From assembly GCA_963716435.1 (NCBI GenBank), contig OY970312.1, positions 985,576 to 1,049,575 of the forward strand: a stretch of DNA of 64,000 bases, written 5' to 3'. Below are positions 1-8,209 of this stretch, piece after piece (positions within the stretch are counted from its first letter, which is position 1; each line of letters starts with the position of its first letter). The DNA is from an uncultured Thermoleophilia bacterium (GTDB lineage Bacteria > Actinomycetota > Thermoleophilia > Gaiellales > Gaiellaceae). A program made the translations under genes and the position numbers. The notes beneath the pieces were generated by a model, which worked only from the letters and a program-made list of their open reading frames with translations, ran no database searches and was not told the DNA's origin.

Positions 1-109
1 GTATGTCCGGTAGAGCGCGCCGCTCACACGTCCATCTTAAGGGCTCCGGTTATTGCCGGCCGCGCACCCTCCGTTGCTGGCGTTTTCTGGGGCGGTGCCC
101 ACGCCGCTC

Positions 110-216
110 GCTCGGGCCAGGCTTGGCCGCGGCACCTGAGAAGCGCTGCTTAGCGCTGCTTCCTTCCGGACCTGACGCGGTTCGCAAGCTCTCAGTGCGC
201 GGGACCTGGCCTTCAA
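110..216 (-). ncRNA. ffs: Signal recognition particle RNA (small/4.5S type)
   Basis: The reverse complement of 155-176 reads GTCAGGTCCGGAAGGAAGCAGC, the conserved SRP domain IV motif with a GGAA tetraloop. The flanking arms pair (GCCAGG at 205-210 with CCTGGC at 116-121, CCGCG/CGCGG, CTGAGA/TCTCAG), giving a hairpin of about 95 nt. Ends are approximate. Confidence 0.85.
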
Positions 217-362
217 CACTCGCGGGCGCTAGCCCTACCTCGAAGCCACCCTCTCGGGAGGGAGTTCGGCCCCGCTAGAGCGGATTGCGGGTTCAGGGAA
301 CCGCTAGCTCCCCACCTAGCGCGACCGGCCCGGCGATGGTACCGGCTATCGTCCGTTTTGCG

Positions 363-434
363 GGGCGCATAGCTCAGCGGGAGAGCGCTCGCTTCACACG
401 CGAGAGGTCGCTGGTTCGATCCCAGCTGCGCCCA
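363..434 (+). tRNA. tRNA-Val (anticodon CAC)
   Basis: Full cloverleaf read by eye: acceptor GGGCGCA/TGCGCCC, D arm GCTC-AGCGGGA-GAGC, anticodon stem CTCGC/GCGAG with loop TTCACAC, T arm GCTGG-TTCGATC-CCAGC, discriminator A. CCA is not encoded. Confidence 0.95.
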
Positions 435-461
435 CTTCGGGTCCCGGCAACGGATCCGAAG
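435..461 (+). terminator. Hairpin immediately after tRNA-Val (possible terminator or processing site)
   Basis: CTTCGGGTCC (435-444) pairs with GGATCCGAAG (452-461), 10 bp with one G-U pair. There is no clear U tract. Confidence 0.3.
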
Positions 462-494
462 TGAGCCGATGCTCTGACTATTCTCGGCTCCAGG

Positions 495-1055
495 ATGCGC
501 CGCTTTCGCCCCAGGCTCCGCGAGACGATGCGCGTCGTCCCGCCGCTCGCGCTTCTTGCGGTGGCCGGATATCTCCTCGGCGGCTGCGCAGGGGGAGGCG
601 GGCTGACCGGCGGGTTGACCGGACTGACCGGGCTTCCGACGGGCCAGGTGCCGAGCGTGGCGCTCCCGGAAGTGACCGTTCCGACCATCTCCACACGGCC
701 CGAGGACACGACTGGGGTGACGCTCCCGACCGGTCCCACGGAGACTGCCACGATCCCCGCGACGACCACGGAGGCGCCCGAAACCACGACGACCCAGCCC
801 GAACCCACGACGACCGCGCCACCGCCGACCACGACCGAAGCCGAGACGTCGACGGTCGTCGAGACCGTCATCGTCACCACTCCTCCGCCTCCACCGGAGG
901 CGACGACCGCTGAAACGGAGACCGCGGCCGCCGAGCCGACCTCATCGGAGAGCGGCATCTCATGGGGCTGGATCGCGCTCGGCCTTGGCTTCGTGGCGGC
1001 CGCCGTGGCCATCGTTGTCCTGGCGCGGAGACGGCGGCGCGACGACGGTGTTTGA
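495..1055 (+). CDS. Putative lipoprotein with a Thr/Pro-rich linker and a C-terminal TM anchor with poly-Arg tail
   Basis: Signal peptide with lipobox (LLAVAGYLLGGC). Long low-complexity T/P/E region. C-terminal hydrophobic helix WIALGLGFVAAAVAIVVLA followed by RRRRRDD. An alternative start exists at ATG 528 (MRVVPPLALL). Confidence 0.6.
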   Translation: MRRFRPRLRETMRVVPPLALLAVAGYLLGGCAGGGGLTGGLTGLTGLPTGQVPSVALPEVTVPTISTRPEDTTGVTLPTGPTETATIPATTTEAPETTTTQPEPTTTAPPPTTTEAETSTVVETVIVTTPPPPPEATTAETETAAAEPTSSESGISWGWIALGLGFVAAAVAIVVLARRRRRDDGV

Positions 1056-1103
1056 TCCGCCGGTTTGACCGGCGCTGGGCGAAGGAACAGGATCGCCTGA
1101 ACG

Positions 1104-1697
1104 ATGGGCGTCACACCAGAAGTCGAGCGTTCCGAGCGGCGGGCCGGCCGCCGGTCTCTGCAGCACCGGAACCGGATCGTCCTTGTTGCGGTCGGGCTAC
1201 TTTTCATCGTCCTTCTGGTCTGGTGGCTCGCCTCGTGCTCGTCGGAGGAATCCGCCGGCGGGGCGCTCACGGGCACTGCGGAGGGTCCGGTCAGCGGGCC
1301 TGTGACACCGGGCACCCCGGTCGCCGTCGGCGTGCTGGAGCTAGATAACGGGGGCGGGTCGGCGATCGTCATCGACAGCGTCTCCTTCGTGGATCCGACC
1401 ACCGGGCTGCGGATCGTCGGGATGTACGCGCAGCCGGCCGGCGAGAGCTCGCTTGGGTTCGGCGGCGACTTCAAGTGGCCGCGCGGCGCGGCTGAGGTCG
1501 ACGGGCTCACGCTCGAGCCGGACGCGGAGTCCGGCTACAAGCTGGTGCTCGGCGTTCAGGTCGACGCGCAGGGCATCTTTCGCTCCCCGGGGATCCGGAT
1601 TGGCTACCACTCGGGCACCACGGCCGCCGAGAAGACCTTCGCGATCGCGATGACGTTCTGCGCACCGCCGCGGCTGTACCGGGCGCGCTGCGTCTAG
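1104..1697 (+). CDS. Membrane-anchored hypothetical protein, paralog of 3564..4136
   Basis: N-terminal TM (IVLVAVGLLFIVLLVWWLA). The C-terminal domain shares ordered motifs with 3564..4136: AIVIDSVSFVD vs AIVESVSLVD, VDGLTLEP vs VDGLVVPP, YKLVLGVQVD vs FQLVFGLEVD, GIRIGY vs GVRVTY, and a terminal FCAP vs LCAP. Confidence 0.65.
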   Translation: MGVTPEVERSERRAGRRSLQHRNRIVLVAVGLLFIVLLVWWLASCSSEESAGGALTGTAEGPVSGPVTPGTPVAVGVLELDNGGGSAIVIDSVSFVDPTTGLRIVGMYAQPAGESSLGFGGDFKWPRGAAEVDGLTLEPDAESGYKLVLGVQVDAQGIFRSPGIRIGYHSGTTAAEKTFAIAMTFCAPPRLYRARCV

Positions 1698-1877
1698 CCG
1701 TCGCCGAAGCGTCACGAAACCGTCACAAGAGCGTCACAGACGATCCACAACGTGGCTTGTCTGCACGTGTTCTTCCCTCCCCTGTCCGAAAAGGACAATT
1801 GACGGCTTCACCCTCCGGTCGCAGTCTGTCGGCATGGCCCGCGCGACCTGGCAACCGACGGACTGGAGGCGAAGAGA

Positions 1878-3560
1878 GTGGAAAAGCTACGGCCCCGCGC
1901 GGGCGGAAAACTGCGATGTCTTTGTGTAGGGATCTCCACGGTGCTCGGCTTCGCTCTGTGGACGGCCGGCGCCGGGGCGCAGATGTATCCCGCGACCGAG
2001 ACGCTTCAGCTCTCGTCCTCCGGGCAGCCGCCCGGTGACGGTCTGCTGCATGTCGGAGCGGAGTCGCCGGAAGCGCCGCAGTATCGGGCGCTCGTGCGCT
2101 TCGACCTGCCGGCGATCGACCCCGACCGGCTGCTCGCCGCGACCCTCGTGCTCGAGGATGCCGCCTGTTACTACGGGGACATCCCGCCGGTGACCGCGCG
2201 CCCGATTCTCTCGGACTGGAATGCCGAAACGACCTGGGACGGCCGGCCGGAGACGGGCGATGAGGCCGGCGAGGCGGCGGGAGGCGACTGCCCGAGCAGC
2301 GAGGGGCGGATCGACGTCACGACGCTCGTTCGCGACTGGTCCACCGGTGCCGTTTCGAACCTAGGCGTCGAGCTGCGCGGCGACGAGTCGGGGTTCTCGC
2401 CTCAAGCCGATCGGCGCCTCGCGCCTGTGTCCGGCGTGTCGCTCGAGGTCGAGCTCCTGAGCCAGACCCAGACGATTCCCACCCAGCCGGGCTCGGGGCT
2501 CGCGCCGGTGCTGCTCGCCGGTGTACTCGTCGACGAGTACGGCGCGCCGGTTCGCGGTGGCGCTGTCTCCGTGTCACCGTCCGTCGGAGCCGAGGGCTCC
2601 GAGGAGGCGGTGGAGCTCGCGTCGGCGGAGACGGACGCGTCCGGGGCGTTCGTGGTGCGTCTGTCGCCGGCCGATCCCGCAATAGCGGCTGCGGCGGCGG
2701 CAAATGACGGCTGGGTGACCTTCGATGCGGCCTTCCTCACGGGCACCCGCGTCCAGTTCCGGTCGTTCTCGAGGCGAGCCGAAGGCGGCAGCTGGGTGGC
2801 GGGAGAGGCGCAGGTGCATGTTCAGTTCGACTCCACCGCGGCGATCGGATCGCAGGCGCCCGGCGTCCGGACGGCTCTGTCCGAGCTCGATACCGGACAT
2901 CCGCGACCGGGGTGCTACTTGTTCACCACGAGGCTCGGCGAGCTCGACCGGTACATGGTCATCGGCGAGGCGCACGTCTGGAAAGACCAGGCCCTGACGT
3001 GGGCGTACGGCGAGCAGGCCGACTCGAACATCGGCGTCGGCTACTCGACGGACGGCATCCACTGGAGCCTCTCGGGCTCCATGCACGTGGGGAACAAGCG
3101 AAGCGCCCAGATCACCGACACGATCTCGAACCTCGGCGACGACGACGGGAACTTCGGACGCCGGTACCGGTCCGAGTTCCACTTCGTGAAGGAGCGCCAG
3201 CGGCGCGTGTGCCTCGGGCGATCCGCGACGGTCTACCGGATCCGGGCAACGCGCTGGAACGGCGGCTTCGACTACTACGACGATGTGAAGGATCTGAACG
3301 GCCACTGCGGCGACCGGTACGTGGGCACTGCGGTCTACTTCACGCCGGCGAGCGGGAAGGGAACGTTTCGCCGGGCCAGCGAGGACCTGCGGACGTACAC
3401 GGCGGCGGTCACGGTGTTCGGCGTGTCGCTGAGCGGCCAGACGGGAGCCTCGAAGTCGTCCTCGCAGACGTGGCGCTTCGGCCGGCATTTCACCCGCTAC
3501 TACCTCTGCGGCGACACGGGGAAGCCGACCGTCGCCGAGCGGATCTTCGCGGGGTTCTAG
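1878..3560 (+). CDS. Secreted DNRLRE-domain protein with a carboxypeptidase-regulatory-like middle domain
   Basis: GTG start and signal-like N-terminus (VLGFALWTAGAGA). DNRLRE-type pattern: YRALVRFDLPAIDPDRLLAATLVLED ... ARPILSDWNAETTWDGRP ... IDVTTLVRDWSTG. The C-terminal ~270 aa are not recognised. Confidence 0.65.
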   Translation: MEKLRPRAGGKLRCLCVGISTVLGFALWTAGAGAQMYPATETLQLSSSGQPPGDGLLHVGAESPEAPQYRALVRFDLPAIDPDRLLAATLVLEDAACYYGDIPPVTARPILSDWNAETTWDGRPETGDEAGEAAGGDCPSSEGRIDVTTLVRDWSTGAVSNLGVELRGDESGFSPQADRRLAPVSGVSLEVELLSQTQTIPTQPGSGLAPVLLAGVLVDEYGAPVRGGAVSVSPSVGAEGSEEAVELASAETDASGAFVVRLSPADPAIAAAAAANDGWVTFDAAFLTGTRVQFRSFSRRAEGGSWVAGEAQVHVQFDSTAAIGSQAPGVRTALSELDTGHPRPGCYLFTTRLGELDRYMVIGEAHVWKDQALTWAYGEQADSNIGVGYSTDGIHWSLSGSMHVGNKRSAQITDTISNLGDDDGNFGRRYRSEFHFVKERQRRVCLGRSATVYRIRATRWNGGFDYYDDVKDLNGHCGDRYVGTAVYFTPASGKGTFRRASEDLRTYTAAVTVFGVSLSGQTGASKSSSQTWRFGRHFTRYYLCGDTGKPTVAERIFAGF

Positions 3561-3563
3561 GCG

Positions 3564-4136
3564 ATGTCCCGGCCAAGACCTCGTTTCTGGATGGCCCTTG
3601 CGCTCTGTGCCGCGATCCTCGGTGGGATCGCGGCCTGGGCGCTCACCCGTCCGGATGTCGTCGAAGGCGGGCCGCTCGCCTACAAGAAGGGCTATCACGA
3701 CGAGCTGGCGTTCACCGTCCCACTCGACGTCGCGTACTCGTGGGGACTCGTGGTGCTGCGCAACTCGGGCTCGGCCGACGCGATCGTCGAGAGCGTCTCG
3801 CTCGTCGACACGACCGGAACGATTCGCGACGTCGGTGTTCGAGCCGTCCCGGAGACGGCCGTGGAAGCGGTCGGTTTCGCTCCGGGGTTCGACGCGAGCG
3901 CGGGCGAGGAGGTGGACGGGCTCGTCGTCCCGCCGGGGAACGGAAACGGATTCCAGCTCGTGTTCGGGCTCGAGGTCGACCGGCCGGGGATCTCGGGCTT
4001 TCGGGGTGTCCGGGTCACGTACCGCGTCGCCGATACGCATTTCGCGACCACGCTCGGGCACGTCGTGGTTCTCTGCGCACCGGTGGAACAGTACGAGGAG
4101 TGTCCGGGACCGGACGCGGCGCCGGCCTCGCGCTAG
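3564..4136 (+). CDS. Membrane-anchored hypothetical protein, paralog of 1104..1697
   Basis: N-terminal TM (FWMALALCAAILGGIAAWAL). Shares motifs with 1104..1697 (see that feature). Starts 4 nt after the stop of the DNRLRE gene. Confidence 0.65.
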   Translation: MSRPRPRFWMALALCAAILGGIAAWALTRPDVVEGGPLAYKKGYHDELAFTVPLDVAYSWGLVVLRNSGSADAIVESVSLVDTTGTIRDVGVRAVPETAVEAVGFAPGFDASAGEEVDGLVVPPGNGNGFQLVFGLEVDRPGISGFRGVRVTYRVADTHFATTLGHVVVLCAPVEQYEECPGPDAAPASR

Positions 4137-4303
4137 CCGCTCGGGCGCCCCTCGATCGAGGCATTGGAGGGTTCAGCCGCTCGCCGTGAAATCCGACTGG
4201 ATGAGGAACCGATCTGCGGCAGACCGGAGTGATTTGCGTGGCCCGTGTGCGTCGTAGGCTCGAGAACTTTTTCCTGAAGAACGCTTCCGGACTCGTGGAA
4301 GGC

Positions 4304-5206
4304 ATGAGCGAGGAGCAGGGCGGCCGCCTGGCCGACGCGCTCGAGGATCTCGAAGGGCGAAGCGCGCGCGCCGCGGTCGCCGAGGTGCGCGCCGCCGAGC
4401 TGGACCGGCGCATCGCACGATTCGGGCCCGCCTACGAGGACGACAGTGCCCAGATCGAGCACCTCGTTGCGGAGCTCGAAGAGCGCGACTCCGAGCTCGC
4501 ACGCCTGCGGCCGAACCTCGACGAGATCGAGGGACAGCTCGACAGGGCGCACGCGGAGATTCAGGCCCGCGACCGGGCGCTTGCCGATCAGACGGCCGCC
4601 CAGGTCGAGCAGGAAAAGCGGATCACCGAGCTGACCGACACCGCAGCCCAGGCGGCGGCCGCCGTCGAGCGGGCCGAGGCGTCCCGGGCACGGACCGAGG
4701 CCTCGCTCCGTGCGCTCGAGGAGACGGAACGAGAGCGCGCCCGGGCCAGCCTCGAGACCGGACGCCAGCGCACGGCTCTCGCGGAGCGCGAAGCCGGCCT
4801 TGCGCGTCGCGAGCTCGAGCTCGTCCGCCTGGCCGAGCGTGAGCGGGAGCTCGAGCAGGTCGCCACGCGGCTCACCGAGCGCGAGCGCCGCGCCGCCGAG
4901 CGCGACGAGAAGGTCGCAGACGCCCAGCGGCTCGCAGTGGCCGAGCAGGAGCGGCTCGAGGGCGAATCCAGCCGGCTCTCAGAGCTCGAAACGTCGCTGA
5001 CGACCCGAGCCGAGGCGCTGGACGACCGCGAGACGGAATTGGCGAAGGAGCATCTGGCCGCGTATGCGCCTCCGCCGGAGGAGCGAACGTTTGACGCGCG
5101 CGACGAGACGCGCGAGGTCCTCGAGGAGCTCCGCACCAGGGTCGACCGCCAGCGAGCGCAGCAGGAATCGCCGCCGCGGTGGCCGTTCGCCGGCGCCGGC
5201 GCCTAG
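4304..5206 (+). CDS. Coiled-coil protein (E/R/A/L-rich)
   Basis: Long ORF with heptad-like charged composition (ELARLRPNLDEIEGQLDRAHAEIQARDRALADQ...). Start placed at ATG 4304 (MSEEQGG); the ORF opens at 4229. Confidence 0.55.
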   Translation: MSEEQGGRLADALEDLEGRSARAAVAEVRAAELDRRIARFGPAYEDDSAQIEHLVAELEERDSELARLRPNLDEIEGQLDRAHAEIQARDRALADQTAAQVEQEKRITELTDTAAQAAAAVERAEASRARTEASLRALEETERERARASLETGRQRTALAEREAGLARRELELVRLAERERELEQVATRLTERERRAAERDEKVADAQRLAVAEQERLEGESSRLSELETSLTTRAEALDDRETELAKEHLAAYAPPPEERTFDARDETREVLEELRTRVDRQRAQQESPPRWPFAGAGA

Positions 5207-5225
5207 CGCTCGAAGCCGACCGCAC

Positions 5226-6164
5226 CTAGAAGCCGGCCGAGCGCACCCCGGTCTCGATCGCGAGCAGAATGAGCGCCGCCACGATCAGGCGGTAGACGAC
5301 GAACACCGTGTAGGTGTGCCGCTGCACGTAGCCGATCAGAGCGCCGATGGCCACGATCCCGGCCGCGGCCGACGCCAGCATCCCCACCACGAACGGGCCC
5401 GTCGAGCCGGCCGGCAGGTCCGCCAGCAGCACGTCCGTCACGCCCTTCCAGACGACCGCGCCGAGCGTCGTCGGCACGAGGAGGAGGAACGAGAAGCGCG
5501 CGGCGGACTCACGGTCGAGGCGGAGGAACCGCCCGGCCGTGATCGTGACGCCGGAGCGCGAGACCCCCGGCATGAGCGCCAGGACCTGCGCCAGTCCGAT
5601 CGCGATCGCGTCCTTGAACGACATGTCCGTGATCCGGCGTTCCGTGGGCGAGCGGTCCGCGAGCCAGAGGATCCCGGCGAAGCCGCCGAGGAGCAGGGCG
5701 ATCTGCCATGGCTCGCCGAGGTGCTCGGCGATCACGCTCTCGCCGAAGGCGCCCGCGAAGAGCGCCGGGACGGTCGCGACCGCGACGAACCAGGCCGCCC
5801 GCTCGGTCGGTGTCCGGATCGCGCGGGCGCGCAGGCTCTGCAGCGCCGCGGTGACGAGCTCGACGATGTCGCGCCAAAAGAACACCACGGCCGCAACGAG
5901 CGTCCCGAGGTGCAGGGCCACGTCGAACGTCTGGTTGAACTCGTCGTGCGCCTCGAGGTACGTCCAGTCCGCAGCCCAGGGCAGGAGGATCAAGTGGCCC
6001 GACGAGGAGATCGGCAGGAACTCCGTGAAGCCCTGCACGACGCCGAGGGCCAGCGCTTGCCAGTTCGTGAGAGCGCCGGGCGACTCTCCCGCGCCGACGA
6101 TCGCCAAGACGACCGCGACGGCGAACGCCGCTCCGGCGCCGACGTAGAGTCCGACGCGGCTCAT
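5226..6164 (-). CDS. uppP: Undecaprenyl-diphosphate phosphatase
   Basis: Polytopic membrane protein with the BacA/UppP signature GVVQGFTEFLPISSSGHLILL and a second conserved region (PGVSRSGVTITAG). Start placed at ATG 6164 (MSRVGLY); the ORF opens at 6251. Confidence 0.85.
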   Translation of the reverse strand: MSRVGLYVGAGAAFAVAVVLAIVGAGESPGALTNWQALALGVVQGFTEFLPISSSGHLILLPWAADWTYLEAHDEFNQTFDVALHLGTLVAAVVFFWRDIVELVTAALQSLRARAIRTPTERAAWFVAVATVPALFAGAFGESVIAEHLGEPWQIALLLGGFAGILWLADRSPTERRITDMSFKDAIAIGLAQVLALMPGVSRSGVTITAGRFLRLDRESAARFSFLLLVPTTLGAVVWKGVTDVLLADLPAGSTGPFVVGMLASAAAGIVAIGALIGYVQRHTYTVFVVYRLIVAALILLAIETGVRSAGF

Positions 6165-6189
6165 GGGGCCGGATATCGTATGCGAGCCC

Positions 6190-6747
6190 ATGAGCCGCAA
6201 CGAGATCATCATGACCGTCGCCGCCGGCGCCTTGATCGGGTTCAGCCTCATCGTCTCGCTGGTCGTGCCGCGCTGGAAGCCCGACTTTCCCGGCCGGCGG
6301 ACGGGCCTCTTTGCCGTCGTTGCCGCCCTGTTCGTCTTCGGGATGCTCGGTGCGGTCGAGGTCGTCGGCGCCGAGGATCACAACGAGGCCGCGGCCGAGA
6401 CGATCGAGGGTCCCGGAGGCGGAACCGAGACGGTCGGCGAGACCGAGTCCACCAAAACCGAGACGGGCAAGACCGAGACGGGCGGCGGCGGGTCGGGCGA
6501 GAGCGACCAGATCAAGGAAGGCGAAGACCTCTTCGCCGCCAACAACTGCGCCGGCTGCCACACGCTGGAAAAGGCCGACGCGAGCGGAACGGTCGGGCCG
6601 AACCTCGACGAGCTCCAGCCGTCCGCGGACGCTGTCGTCGCCCAGGTCACGAATGGCGGCGGCGGAATGCCGGCGTTCGGCGGATCGCTGAGCGCGGACC
6701 AGATCCAGGCGCTCGCGGCGTACGTGGTCGACGCGACCAGCCGGTAG
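6190..6747 (+). CDS. Membrane-anchored class I c-type cytochrome
   Basis: N-terminal TM, a low-complexity linker, a haem-binding CAGCH motif, and a distal Met in GGGGMPAF. Divergent from uppP with a ~25-nt spacer. Confidence 0.8.
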   Translation: MSRNEIIMTVAAGALIGFSLIVSLVVPRWKPDFPGRRTGLFAVVAALFVFGMLGAVEVVGAEDHNEAAAETIEGPGGGTETVGETESTKTETGKTETGGGGSGESDQIKEGEDLFAANNCAGCHTLEKADASGTVGPNLDELQPSADAVVAQVTNGGGGMPAFGGSLSADQIQALAAYVVDATSR

Positions 6748-6768
6748 GCGCAGAAACCGCCGGCGCGG

Positions 6769-7242
6769 CTATTCGGCGTCGATCCGGCCGTGACCGATGC
6801 GCGCGAGCACGCGCTCGCTGAGCTGGACGTCGTGCGGGAGCGTCATCAGCTCGGAGCCCTCGATCACGATGCCCTGACGTTGGAGCACTTTCGCGAGCGT
6901 GTTCCAGTGGCCCGCCTCCACCTCGGCTGGCGTCTCGTCGCCGAACGGCTCATCCGGGCCGACGACGAAGCGGGCCTCGTGCTCGAGCACCTCCGCTGTC
7001 TCCAACTCCCAGATCCCGCGGGCATCCGCGGCCCGGCGCTCCTCTTCGGACGGCTCGCCGTACCACGCCACGGCAGCCGTTCCACTCCAACCTCGGTCGT
7101 TCAGCAGCACGATGTGGCGACCGTCCGCGAGCACCGCATCGTGCCGCGCCGATAAGGAGAAACTCCGAGCGTCGGGCCCCTCGTCGTTCGCGTCGATGTC
7201 CACGAACGTCAGCAGGCGCGCCACATGAGTCATGCGGTCCAT
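6769..7242 (-). CDS. Hypothetical protein
   Basis: ORF with a coding-like composition. The annotated ORF start (7350) would overlap tRNA-Ser, so the start is placed at ATG 7242 (MDRMTHV). No family recognised. Confidence 0.5.
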   Translation of the reverse strand: MDRMTHVARLLTFVDIDANDEGPDARSFSLSARHDAVLADGRHIVLLNDRGWSGTAAVAWYGEPSEEERRAADARGIWELETAEVLEHEARFVVGPDEPFGDETPAEVEAGHWNTLAKVLQRQGIVIEGSELMTLPHDVQLSERVLARIGHGRIDAE

Positions 7243-7270
7243 TCTCTCAGGCAGCGCCGAAACAACAGCC

Positions 7271-7300
7271 GCGCCCCGGTCCTCGTCGAGACCGGGGCGC
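7271..7300 (-). terminator. Intrinsic terminator downstream of tRNA-Ser(GGA)
   Basis: Perfect 11-bp stem, GCGCCCCGGTC (7271-7281) with GACCGGGGCGC (7290-7300). On the minus strand it is followed by GGCTGTTGTTT. Confidence 0.6.
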
Positions 7301-7311
7301 GAGCTTTCGAG

Positions 7312-7400
7312 CGGAGAGGGCGGGATTTGAACCCGCGAACCGGCTTGCACCGATTACGCGATTTCCAGTCGCGCTCCTTAGGCCACTCGGACACCTCTCC
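7312..7400 (-). tRNA. tRNA-Ser (anticodon GGA)
   Basis: Reverse complement reads GGAGAGGTGTCCGAGTGGCCTAAGGAGCGCGACTGGAAATCGCGTAATCGGTGCAAGCCGGTTCGCGGGTTCAAATCCCGCCCTCTCCG. Acceptor GGAGAGG/CCTCTCC, anticodon loop CTGGAAA, long variable arm, T loop TTCAAAT. Confidence 0.95.
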
Positions 7401-7432
7401 AAGCCGCGACATCGTGCCACACGTGCGGCGGA

Positions 7433-8209
7433 CTACTCGTGGACGACGCGGCCCTCCATGCCTCCCGCGACCGTGACGACCTGCCCGGTGACATGGCCGG
7501 AGATGACATCGGAGGAGAGCGCGACGATCTGGTTCGCGACGTCCTCGGGCTGCGCGACCTTGCGCAGCGGCATCGTCCTCGTCACCCGCTCGATCAACGC
7601 GGGATCGGCGAGCGAGTCGCGCGTCATCGGCGACTCGGTCCAGCCGGGGCAGACGGCGTTCACGCGGGCGAGCGGCGCGACGCGGACGACTTCGTTCTTC
7701 AGCGACAACAGCAATCCGCGGACGATCGCCGACTTGGCGGCCGCGTAGTCGGCGTGGCCGGCCTCGCCGACGAGTCCGGCGGTCGAGCCGACCAGGACGA
7801 GGCTCCCGTGACCGCTCGCGGCCACCTCGCGGAGAAACCCGCGGGCGGTGAGGAACGTCGCCGTCAGGTTCGCGTCGAGGGTCGCGCGCCAGCGCTCGAG
7901 CTGCAGCTCCCACACCGGGACGTAGGGCTCGGGCCACACGCCCGCGACCGCGGCGCAGACATCGAGACCGCCGAACGCCTCGCGTACCTCGGCGAAGAGC
8001 CGGTCGGTCTCCTCCTCGCTCGTCAGGTCGGCCTGGACGACGATCGCGCCGTCGAGCTCCGCGGCAATGGCCTCCGCACGGTCGCGTCCGCGGTGGCAGT
8101 GCACGACGACCCGGCAGCCGTCGGCGGCAAACGCGCGGGCCGTTGCCGCGCCGATCCCGCCGGACGCGCCGGTGACGAGAACGCGCTTGCCGGCGAGCCC
8201 CGTGTCCAT
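7433..8209 (-). CDS. Short-chain dehydrogenase/reductase (FabG-like)
   Basis: TGASGGIGAATA Rossmann motif near the N-terminus and a YAAAK catalytic YxxxK. Its start abuts the stop of the upstream gene at 8210. Confidence 0.85.
   Translation of the reverse strand: MDTGLAGKRVLVTGASGGIGAATARAFAADGCRVVVHCHRGRDRAEAIAAELDGAIVVQADLTSEEETDRLFAEVREAFGGLDVCAAVAGVWPEPYVPVWELQLERWRATLDANLTATFLTARGFLREVAASGHGSLVLVGSTAGLVGEAGHADYAAAKSAIVRGLLLSLKNEVVRVAPLARVNAVCPGWTESPMTRDSLADPALIERVTRTMPLRKVAQPEDVANQIVALSSDVISGHVTGQVVTVAGGMEGRVVHE

Noticed and set aside
1-70. The tRNA-like string GTCCGGTAGAGCGC...CTCACAC at the very start of the window suggested a second tRNA-Val(CAC) or a truncated tRNA.
   Set aside because: No anticodon stem can be paired around CTCACAC, no canonical T arm (GGTTCGANTCC) follows, and no acceptor pairing is possible. 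It is probably a chance resemblance or part of an unrecognised structured region next to the SRP RNA.
2574-4061. Many very long antisense or off-frame ORFs in the track, for example 2574..4061(-), 7439..9865(+), 9834..10925(-), 14921..18025(+), 22459..24339(-), 25241..27199(+), 29831..31315(-), 32952..34490(-).
   Set aside because: Their translations are Arg/Pro/Ala/Gly-rich low-complexity strings, typical of non-coding frames in ~70% GC DNA. Each overlaps an ORF with clear family motifs on the other strand or frame.
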